Origin: an uncultured virus (IMG/VR IMGVR_UViG_3300012347_000477)
Taxonomy: Duplodnaviria; Heunggongvirae; Uroviricota; Caudoviricetes
IMG/VR virus record: IMGVR_UViG_3300012347_000477
Coordinates: 53,742-73,741 of that record
Strand: one strand, 5' to 3'
DNA: 20,000 nucleotides
Shown: piece by piece, positions 7,707 to 14,954 of the stretch
Layout: every line of letters begins with the position of its first letter
Position numbering within the stretch: the stretch's first letter is position 1
Notes under the pieces: generated by a model
Seen by the model: the letters and a program-made list of their open reading frames with translations, nothing else
Database searches by the model: none
What the model was told of the DNA's origin: nothing
Position numbers and translations under genes: made by a program

Positions 7707-9232
7707 TTTATCTCCGCTACAACGGGATTATGCCGTATACCTTCCGGCTATCAGCTCTTTTTATAGCACATATATTGCAAAGCAGAGGCTAGAAGAATTT
7801 ATTCCTAAAGATAGAATTCCTGCAGGGTTTGATCGAGGGGTTGAAGGTATGAACTTCTTAAATCCAGAAGAAGGATATTTTACATATAAATACGGCCTGT
7901 ATTCTGCAGGTCACGCTCANNNNNNNNNNACTTGATTTACAAAAGAGCATGGTCCAAGAAAGCATGATTCAGCAGAGAGATCGTGGTAATACAATGATTC
8001 TCGGCGATTCAGGTGGTTATCAAATTGGTAAAGGTGTTCTTAAATTTGATTGGCTTAATTTCGAAGGCCCTGCTGCTAATAAAACTCGTCAAAGTATCTT
8101 AGAATGGTTAGAATTGACTGCTGATTGGTCAATGATGTTAGACGTTCCTACATGGGCATGCGATCATATCCATAGCCCTAAAACCGGGTTAAAAACGTTT
8201 GACGACTGCCTCGATAAGACAAGATTTAATAATGATTACTTTTTATCTAATCGTCTTGGCCAAACAAAATGGCTTAATGTGTTGCAAGGTAGCGATTGGG
8301 ACACTGCTGAAAAGTGGTATCAAGGTGTAAAGGAATTTAGTGATCCAAAAGGCAAATACGCAGGCCGCGAAGCCGAAGGATGGGCAATGGGTGGTGCAAA
8401 TATGTGTAAAATGCCAATTGCATTACGTAGGTTAATTACACTTAAATTTGACGGCTTACTCGAAGGCAAAGATTGGATGCATTTCTTGGGTACTGCACAG
8501 TTAGATTGGAGTTGTTATCTTACACTGATTCAACGACAAGTTCGCAAAACAATCAATCCGAATTTTACAATTAGCTTTGATTGTGCTAGCCCGTTTATTG
8601 CAACTGCACACGGATTAGTATATACTAATGCACAACACACTAATAAGCGGTGGAGTGTTATTATGGACAAGGCTCCTGATAACAAAGCATTAGCAAAAAG
8701 CGATATTCCGTTTCCGTTTGAAAGCGAATTTGGTCGCAGACTTACTATGGGAGACATTTGTCATTATGCCCCGGGCATGTTAAATAAAATTAACAAAGAA
8801 GGAAAAACTTCTTGGGATAGCTTTGCATATGCATTAATGATGGGTCATAACGTGTACTGTCATATTGTTGCAGTACAACGTGCAAATCACTTAATGGATA
8901 TCGAAACTGCAAAACATAAGCCAGACTGGAGACGCTGGACTAAACCTGGCAGCAAAGAAGTAAACATGCATGAATATAGCGATTGGGTTCCTCGCAATAT
9001 TTTGTACTTCAACACATTTGTAGAAGAATTATTTGCATGCGGCACTAAAGACGAAGCATTTCAAATGATTAAAGACGGCGAATTTTTCTTAAAAAATCTC
9101 GAAGGTGCAAGACTTCGAGGCGGCATTACTAATGAGTTTAATCGTTTATTTGTCGAAGACAATGACGAGTCATGGGATAATGACCGAGAAGATACTGCAT
9201 TAGATAATTTAGAATCTCAATTTAAAGATTAA
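7690..9232 (+). CDS. dpdA: TGT-fold guanine transglycosylase, DpdA-like (7-deazaguanine insertion); single gene of about 510 aa interrupted by an assembly gap
   Basis: TGT motifs in order: GDSGGYQ, MMLD, VLQG, AMGG, HFLG, SFDC, HNV. Removing the 10 Ns joins the two ORFs in frame (…SAGHAQLDLQKSMVQES…). Clustered with folE, queE and a queD-like gene. Confidence 0.8.
7920..7929. other. assembly gap (10 N)
   Basis: Run of 10 N that causes an artificial frameshift. Confidence 0.99.
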
Positions 9233-9236
9233 AAAA

Positions 9237-9260
9237 TAAAGCCGAGGGTACTCGGCTTTA
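9237..9260 (+). terminator. hairpin terminator (possibly bidirectional)
   Basis: TAAAGCCGAG-ggta-CTCGGCTTTA, a perfect 10-bp stem with an A-run upstream. Confidence 0.85.
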
Positions 9261-9261
9261 G

Positions 9262-9290
9262 TTGACATGCTACATTATTTGTGTTATAAT
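9262..9290 (+). promoter_or_regulatory. consensus sigma70 promoter with extended -10
   Basis: TTGACA-N17-TATAAT with TG at 9282-9283. Confidence 0.9.
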
Positions 9291-9317
9291 TAACTATGTT
9301 AAACAAACAAAGAGTAT

Positions 9318-9857
9318 ATGAAAAGACAATACGCATCTGGTACAACAACAAATGTTACAATTTTTGTAGGTGTTGAAGTTGAAAAAACTCCAGCATACAA
9401 AATGAAAACATTGTTTGTTGTTGGCTTGCATGATCACACAGACTTAGTACAATATGTTGCATCTGCAGACGATCATGTAGAGCATATTTACTTCGGAGCA
9501 AATCAAAGCTTTAATAGTGAAATTAGTGATTCTGATTTATTAAAATGGAGTAATATGATTACTCCGTGGCTCGAAAGCGGAATTTGGTGTACATTAGACT
9601 TTGATGTAACATTAGTAGAAAAAGTAATGGCAACTAGCCTTTGCAAATATCGAAATTTTATTCCTCAAATCTCAGTTAAATTACCTAAATTGCAAAATTT
9701 AGGGTATAATGCAACACTTAAAATAGACGATACTGGATTTGCAGAATCTAACCCAGGTGTATGGTGTCATCAATTAAACGAGTTACTTGTAAGAGACAAA
9801 TTTACATCTTGGGATCAATACGGCACCGATTTAATTATTAAACAGGAATTAAAATGA
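9318..9857 (+). CDS. hypothetical alpha/beta protein within the deazaguanine cluster
   Basis: 179 aa; motif-like segments GVEVEKTP, HIYFGANQSF, KIDDTGFAESNPGVWC, WDQY; function not recognised. Confidence 0.8.
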   Translation: MKRQYASGTTTNVTIFVGVEVEKTPAYKMKTLFVVGLHDHTDLVQYVASADDHVEHIYFGANQSFNSEISDSDLLKWSNMITPWLESGIWCTLDFDVTLVEKVMATSLCKYRNFIPQISVKLPKLQNLGYNATLKIDDTGFAESNPGVWCHQLNELLVRDKFTSWDQYGTDLIIKQELK

Positions 9858-10054
9858 AAGAATTTACAGTAAAAGAAAATGATGCATTTAGAGTACGTGT
9901 TAAAAAATACGCCTGCGCATCGCCCTCCGACTTGTATGCAATTGATGTAATTAAAGAAGAGTTACACAGTGGTACCGTAACACTTAGTACTACTAATCGA
10001 TTACTTATGACTGAACAAGAAATTAAAACATTAGCTCAAGGATTATTAGCGTGA
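9854..10054 (+). CDS. hypothetical protein
   Basis: 66 aa; SD AGGA; ATGA/GTGA overlaps on both sides. Confidence 0.7.
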   Translation: MKEFTVKENDAFRVRVKKYACASPSDLYAIDVIKEELHSGTVTLSTTNRLLMTEQEIKTLAQGLLA

Positions 10055-10428
10055 ATATCCCCGTAGATCTCCGCCCAAGTGTAAAGACTTTTATTAAAGT
10101 TCGAACTGAATTTGAAGGCTTCCATCACTACCCTAACGCTGGAAAAATTGATCCTCGTATCGAGTTTCTTGAACATGAGCATCGACACATGTTTAAAGTT
10201 GAAGTGACTATTTCAGTTACACATACTGATAGAGAATTAGAATTTTTCTTAGTCAAATGGGCATTAAATGACTTTATTAAATCAGGAAATCAAAATCACA
10301 AATCCTGTGAAATGATTGCAACTGATATTTTAAACGATCATTTGTTACCAAAATACGGTCAGAGATACTATACAATTACAGTGTCAGAAGATGGCGAATC
10401 AGATGGCATTGTTGAGTACAAACCGTAA
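10051..10428 (+). CDS. QueD-like (6-pyruvoyl-tetrahydropterin synthase family, T-fold) protein, DpdL-type
   Basis: FEGFH...LEHEHRHMF...KSCEMIA...VSEDGE parallels the QueD pattern FxAAH...HGH...PTAE...VxET, but has LxxxHRHxF in place of CxxxHGH. Confidence 0.7.
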   Translation: MNIPVDLRPSVKTFIKVRTEFEGFHHYPNAGKIDPRIEFLEHEHRHMFKVEVTISVTHTDRELEFFLVKWALNDFIKSGNQNHKSCEMIATDILNDHLLPKYGQRYYTITVSEDGESDGIVEYKP

Positions 10429-10495
10429 TTAACACACACACAGATATTTTAATCACCTTTTCATAAATCATATATAATAAACAAGGAAATATATT

Positions 10496-10723
10496 ATGGC
10501 TACCAACTACAGAGATATTAGCTACTTCGAAACTCGCCCAGATGTTGTTCGTTTATTCGAAGATATCGAATCATATTACGATTTTTGCAGATTCGAACTA
10601 CGCGAATTTAATCCTGCAGAGTTATACCATAAAGATGCTCCAAACTACGGTGCATATTTAAATCGTCGTCGTCCTCGTAAGCCGTATCTAGGTAAAAAAC
10701 CTAGGTTCGAACGTAGAACTTAA
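10496..10723 (+). CDS. small hypothetical protein with Arg-rich C-terminus
   Basis: 75 aa; SD AAGGA; followed by a terminator. Confidence 0.75.
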   Translation: MATNYRDISYFETRPDVVRLFEDIESYYDFCRFELREFNPAELYHKDAPNYGAYLNRRRPRKPYLGKKPRFERRT

Positions 10724-10733
10724 TAACTAAAAT

Positions 10734-10759
10734 AAGCCCCTTAATTGGGGCTTTTGTTT
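10734..10759 (+). terminator. Rho-independent terminator
   Basis: AAGCCCC-ttaatt-GGGGCTT followed by TTGTTT. Confidence 0.85.
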
Positions 10760-10782
10760 GAGTAAATTTTATATCAGATTGT

Positions 10783-10811
10783 TTGACTACTAGTTGTAAC
10801 TGCTGTATAAT
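10783..10811 (+). promoter_or_regulatory. sigma70-type early promoter
   Basis: TTGACT-N17-TATAAT; SD GGAG before ATG 10843. Confidence 0.85.
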
Positions 10812-10842
10812 TGTATGTATATTATAGCATGGAGAATATATT

Positions 10843-11934
10843 ATGAAATCAACAGTATGGATTTTTTCAATTGAGCCTTTAGAGACTCGCTACACAAAAC
10901 AGTGGCAAGATCATGTTCCGAAGTTATTAGTCGACAAGCTAGGGCACAATTTTAATGTTGTACAGATTGACGGCGAACAGAAAAATACTGCACCAACACC
11001 TGGTGCATTTTTAAATTTTTCAGATACTAACTACTGGAAAAGCTCACAATTGTGTAAGTTTTTAGAACATCACAATAACGGTGAAACTTCAAAAAACGAT
11101 CATTTTATTTTTACAGATGCATGGAATCCAACAGTGATACAACTGCGATACATGTCCGACTTGTTAGGGTTTAATTGGGTATTGCATGGACTATTTCATG
11201 CAGGCAGCTGGGATTCTGCAGATTTTTTAGGTAGAATTGTTGGTGATAAACCATGGGTTAAAAATGCTGAAAAAGCATTATTTCATTCGTTCGATCATAA
11301 TTATTTTGCCACTAAGTTTCACATCGACATGTTTGTATCTAACTTACTTAATGCAAATTACACCACTAAAGTTACGTATTTAAATTCAAAAAAAATAATC
11401 CCAACAGGTTGGCCAATGGAGTACATGGTCGACACATTGGCACCGTATAAGGGGCTAAAGAAACGAAATCTTATTTTATTCCCACATCGTATTGCTCCAG
11501 AAAAACAACTTAATATTTTTCTAGATTTAAAACAACAATTGCCGCAATACGAGTTTATTGTATGCCAAGATAAAAACTTGTCTAAGCATGAATATCATAC
11601 GTTACTAGGAGAATCTAAGATTATCTTTAGTGCAAATTTACAAGAAACTCTTGGTATTTCTTCATGTGCCGAAGGCCCACTAGTTGAATCGTTACCGCTA
11701 GTTCCAAATAGGTTAAGCTATAAAGAAATATTTAGTAACTATCCAGAATTTATGTATCCGTCCGAATGGACTACTGATTGGCTTAGTTATGTGCCGCATC
11801 GTGCTACGCTAGCCAATAAAGTTGTAAACATGATAGAAAATTACGATACGTTAGTTCCAAAAATTAATCACTATACAGATAATACGTATTTAGAATTTTT
11901 TACTGCTGATAATTTAATTGCAAATATCAAGTAA
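10843..11934 (+). CDS. GT-B fold glycosyltransferase (group 1/GT4-like)
   Basis: 363 aa; ILFPHRIAPEKQ (GRxxxxK equivalent), LQETLGISSCAE (ExFG...E-like nucleotide-sugar motif), PLVPNRLSYKE. Confidence 0.8.
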   Translation: MKSTVWIFSIEPLETRYTKQWQDHVPKLLVDKLGHNFNVVQIDGEQKNTAPTPGAFLNFSDTNYWKSSQLCKFLEHHNNGETSKNDHFIFTDAWNPTVIQLRYMSDLLGFNWVLHGLFHAGSWDSADFLGRIVGDKPWVKNAEKALFHSFDHNYFATKFHIDMFVSNLLNANYTTKVTYLNSKKIIPTGWPMEYMVDTLAPYKGLKKRNLILFPHRIAPEKQLNIFLDLKQQLPQYEFIVCQDKNLSKHEYHTLLGESKIIFSANLQETLGISSCAEGPLVESLPLVPNRLSYKEIFSNYPEFMYPSEWTTDWLSYVPHRATLANKVVNMIENYDTLVPKINHYTDNTYLEFFTADNLIANIK

Positions 11935-11967
11935 AGTTCAAGTATAAATGCTGTGTAGAGAAGTTAT

Positions 11968-11975
11968 AATAAATA
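11968..11975 (+). promoter_or_regulatory. T4-like late promoter box inside an inverted repeat upstream of folE
   Basis: AATAAATA lies in the loop of GCTGTGTAG/CTACACAGC (11950-11990). Confidence 0.5.
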
Positions 11976-12035
11976 TATATGCTACACAGCGGTAGCACAC
12001 ATCAATCAAATACCATCACAAAGGAAGGTTATCTC

Positions 12036-12719
12036 ATGTCATTTAATAGAACAAAATGCGACCCAGAATTGGGCAAAAAAATTCACGAACACTTAGTTAA
12101 CTGCGGAGTCGAAACTCCTACAATTAGCAATAATCTTAGTCGTACAGAAAAAATTGATATTATCGAACAAAAGTTTGCCGATATTATGAATGCACTAGGT
12201 TTAGATTTAACTGATGATAGTTTAATCGAAACTCCAAAACGTGTTGCTAAAATGTATGTTGGCGAAATCTTTTGGGGGCTTGATTACGAAGCGTTTCCTA
12301 AATGTACCACAGTCGACAATAAAATGAAGTACGACGAAATGGTCATCGAGCGTAATGTTAATGTTCAATCAAACTGCGAGCATCATTTAGTAGTAATTGA
12401 CGGACTTGCAACAGTAGGTTACATTCCTAACAATAAAGTATTAGGCCTAAGCAAAATTAATAGGGTCGTTGAATATTTTAGCAAACGTCCGCAAATTCAA
12501 GAACGGTTAACAGAGCAGGTTTACCATGCATTGCAATACATTCTCGCTACTGATAATATTGCTGTAGTAATTGATGCCCAACACTTTTGTGTTAAGTCCA
12601 GGGGAGTCGAGGATACTGGTTCGAGTACAATCACTAGTAAATTAGGAGGCTGCTTTAAATCAGACTCGAGTGTGCGTAGCGAATTTATGAATATTGTAAA
12701 TTCTTCCAAAACAAAATAA
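12036..12719 (+). CDS. folE: GTP cyclohydrolase I
   Basis: ETPKRVAKMY, SNCEHH, GLSKINR, RPQIQERLT, HFCVKSRG. ATG 12036 has SD AAGGAAGG; an alternative in-frame ATG is at 11979. Confidence 0.97.
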   Translation: MSFNRTKCDPELGKKIHEHLVNCGVETPTISNNLSRTEKIDIIEQKFADIMNALGLDLTDDSLIETPKRVAKMYVGEIFWGLDYEAFPKCTTVDNKMKYDEMVIERNVNVQSNCEHHLVVIDGLATVGYIPNNKVLGLSKINRVVEYFSKRPQIQERLTEQVYHALQYILATDNIAVVIDAQHFCVKSRGVEDTGSSTITSKLGGCFKSDSSVRSEFMNIVNSSKTK

Positions 12720-12725
12720 TATCAT

Positions 12726-12749
12726 AAACGGGCAAACTTGCCCGTTTTT
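12726..12749 (+). terminator. Rho-independent terminator
   Basis: AAACGGGCA-aact-TGCCCGTTT followed by TT. Confidence 0.85.
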
Positions 12750-12763
12750 ACTTAATACACATT

Positions 12764-12991
12764 ATGATTGATTCAAAAATAAAAATACATTGTACCGACA
12801 ACAACAAAGATCTCGATGCACACATTCTTAATTACAAACCACAGGCATTTTTAGAAGTTGCATTTCAAACATTAAAAATTAAGTTAGTATTCAAAGAAAC
12901 TGCTAAGATATTTGTTGGAAGCTTAGGCGGAAAAGAATTTGTTGTTAATGAATCGCAACTGCAAGTTAAGAATAAAGAATACAGACGATGA
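12764..12991 (+). CDS. hypothetical protein
   Basis: 75 aa; ATGA overlap with the next gene. Confidence 0.7.
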   Translation: MIDSKIKIHCTDNNKDLDAHILNYKPQAFLEVAFQTLKIKLVFKETAKIFVGSLGGKEFVVNESQLQVKNKEYRR

Positions 12992-13455
12992 AATCAAAAT
13001 TTAAAAATGCATATATGCAAACAGCTAAAATATTTGCCGATTTAAGCTATTCTCGAATTACGCAAGAGGGAGCAATTGTAGTAAAAGACGATAGGATTGT
13101 TAGCATAGGATTTAATGGCATGCCAGCAGGCTGGGATAACGATTGCGAAAATATTGTAGGCTACAAAACAGCTAATGAACCAGTTTACAAAACTAAACCA
13201 GAAGTATTAAATGCAACTATGAATGCATTAATGAAGCTAGCAAAAAGTAGTGACTCTGGTACAAATGCAGCAATTTTCGTTACACATGCTCCATGTTTAG
13301 ATTCAGCAAAGGGAATTTATCAAGCAGGAATTACCGAAGTATATTACGAAACAGAATTAGAAAATACCAGCGGTATTGATTTTTTAAAAAAATGTAAAAT
13401 TACAATCGAACGTATTGATAATACTACTACAATCCCGTATAATATAGCAATTTAA
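12988..13455 (+). CDS. dCMP deaminase homologue with degenerate active site
   Basis: GAIVVKDDRIVSIGFNGMPAG and THAPC...IYQAGITEVYY are dCMP-deaminase signatures, but HAE reads NAT and PCxxC reads PCLDS. Confidence 0.85.
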   Translation: MKSKFKNAYMQTAKIFADLSYSRITQEGAIVVKDDRIVSIGFNGMPAGWDNDCENIVGYKTANEPVYKTKPEVLNATMNALMKLAKSSDSGTNAAIFVTHAPCLDSAKGIYQAGITEVYYETELENTSGIDFLKKCKITIERIDNTTTIPYNIAI

Positions 13456-13463
13456 GGAACATT

Positions 13464-14324
13464 ATGTCAAAAATTAAAATAGCAGAACTATTCTATTCAA
13501 TTCAAGGCGAAGGGAAATACATGGGAGTTCCTAGTATTTTCTTACGTACATTTGGTTGCAATTTTTCTTGTAGCGGGTTTGGTATGCCACGGGGTCAAGC
13601 TAGTACAGAAGCTACTACAATTGCACAAACACATATCGGAATTAAACCATTTACCAAGTACGAAGACTTGCCACTAGTTAGCACTGGTTGTGACTCATTC
13701 GCCTCCTGGATGCCTGAATTCAAAGATCTTTCTCCGATGCTAACTTCAGATGCAATTGCTGAAAGAATTTTAGAACTATTGCCAAATAATGCATGGGGTG
13801 ATGCACATTTAGTTATTACTGGCGGAGAGCCTTTACTTGGCTGGCAACGAGCATATCCTGATTTATTAAATCATCCTAAGATGGCTAGCTTAAAAGAAAT
13901 TACATTTGAAACAAATGGTACTCAATCTTTATCTTCTGATTTTAAAAATTACCTAGGTGTATGGCAAGGGCTGCCGAGAAATAAACGAGAAATTACATTT
14001 AGTGTGAGTGCAAAACTCCCATGTAGTGGTGAATCGTGGGAAGACGCTATTAAGCCAAAAATCGTCTGCGAATATGAAGAAGTTGGCACAACATATTTAA
14101 AATTTGTCATTGCCACAGACGATGATTTTAAAGACGCTCAAAGGGCAATTAGAGAATATCGCGATGCTGGCTTTACTGGTCATGTATACTTAATGCCAGT
14201 CGGCGGAGTTGAAAGTGTATATTCATTAAATAATCAAAATGTTGCTAATTTAGCAATAAATGCTGGCTTACGATATAGTGATCGACTTCAGGTTCCTTTA
14301 TTTAAGAACGCCTGGGGTACATAA
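13464..14324 (+). CDS. queE: 7-carboxy-7-deazaguanine synthase (radical SAM)
   Basis: ELFYSIQGEG..GVPSIFLRTFGCN, GCDS, VITGGEPLL, ETNGT, LKFVI, YLMP, YSDRLQ. Confidence 0.92.
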   Translation: MSKIKIAELFYSIQGEGKYMGVPSIFLRTFGCNFSCSGFGMPRGQASTEATTIAQTHIGIKPFTKYEDLPLVSTGCDSFASWMPEFKDLSPMLTSDAIAERILELLPNNAWGDAHLVITGGEPLLGWQRAYPDLLNHPKMASLKEITFETNGTQSLSSDFKNYLGVWQGLPRNKREITFSVSAKLPCSGESWEDAIKPKIVCEYEEVGTTYLKFVIATDDDFKDAQRAIREYRDAGFTGHVYLMPVGGVESVYSLNNQNVANLAINAGLRYSDRLQVPLFKNAWGT

Positions 14325-14345
14325 TTTTTAACAAAGGATAACAAA

Positions 14346-14843
14346 ATGGGATTAAAAGATATTTTTGAAAAACTAGTTGGCTTAGACAAAATTAAGGAGC
14401 AAGCAACTGCAGAAGCTAGAGAAGCTATACAACTAGCTAGAGACGCAGAACAAAGTGCTAAAGACGCTTTAAAGCTACAGCAAGACGCTATACAACTGCA
14501 ACACACTGCAGAAGTTGCAGCACGTAAAGCTACAGAAGAAGAGCAAATAGCTAAACTAACACCTAAAGAACGAGCCACTCGAAAGCAAGAACCGTGGGTT
14601 GGAGTTTTAAACACACACATAAATCAAGATAATATCAGAAATGGATTTTTTGAATTAGACTGGAATAGTATTTTTGTATTAAAACTCAAACAAGAAGGCT
14701 ACGGAGTTGACGGTGATAAAGATGAAGATATTGTTGATCGGTGGTTCAGAGAGTTGTGCGCTAATGTGGTAGTTGACGGCGATTACGGCGGGCCAGTAGA
14801 ATCTGGAGTATTAGATATTCAAACTATAATGAAAAACAACTAA
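14346..14843 (+). CDS. hypothetical protein (N-terminal coiled coil plus FFELDWN...IVDRWF domain)
   Basis: 165 aa; SD AAGGA; heptad-like Ala/Gln/Glu repeats. Confidence 0.8.
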   Translation: MGLKDIFEKLVGLDKIKEQATAEAREAIQLARDAEQSAKDALKLQQDAIQLQHTAEVAARKATEEEQIAKLTPKERATRKQEPWVGVLNTHINQDNIRNGFFELDWNSIFVLKLKQEGYGVDGDKDEDIVDRWFRELCANVVVDGDYGGPVESGVLDIQTIMKNN

Positions 14844-14849
14844 TATATG

Positions 14850-14886
14850 CAAGCACTATGTATGACAACATTAGTGCTTGTTTTTT
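14850..14886 (+). terminator. Rho-independent terminator
   Basis: CAAGCACTA...TAGTGCTTG stem followed by TTTTTT. Confidence 0.75.
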
Positions 14887-14906
14887 ATTAAATTATATGT
14901 TATAAT
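14878..14906 (+). promoter_or_regulatory. sigma70-type promoter, extended -10
   Basis: TTGTTT-N17-TATAAT with TG at 14898-14899. Confidence 0.7.
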
Positions 14907-14954
14907 TAACTTTTAAATAAAGGAGAAAGTTTTAATTTTCTAACTATAGTTACT

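Noticed and set aside
7885..7892. Perfect TATAAATA inside the TGT-like gene (another at 16393-16400)
   Set aside because: Intragenic and compatible with YKY codons in AT-rich DNA. The 16393 copy could serve ORF 16448 but is unsupported.
7690..7949. Pseudogene, programmed frameshift or intron in the TGT-like gene
   Set aside because: The frame offset is exactly explained by the 10-N placeholder; the flanks join in frame.
10432..10443. Short (AC)n microsatellite after the QueD-like gene
   Set aside because: Only about 5-6 units and intergenic, with no evidence of function.
11975..12030. preQ1-I riboswitch upstream of folE (GCTACAC recalls a preQ1 loop)
   Set aside because: The enclosing P1 stem and the 3' A-rich pseudoknot tail are not evident; kept only as a generic alternative-hairpin finding.
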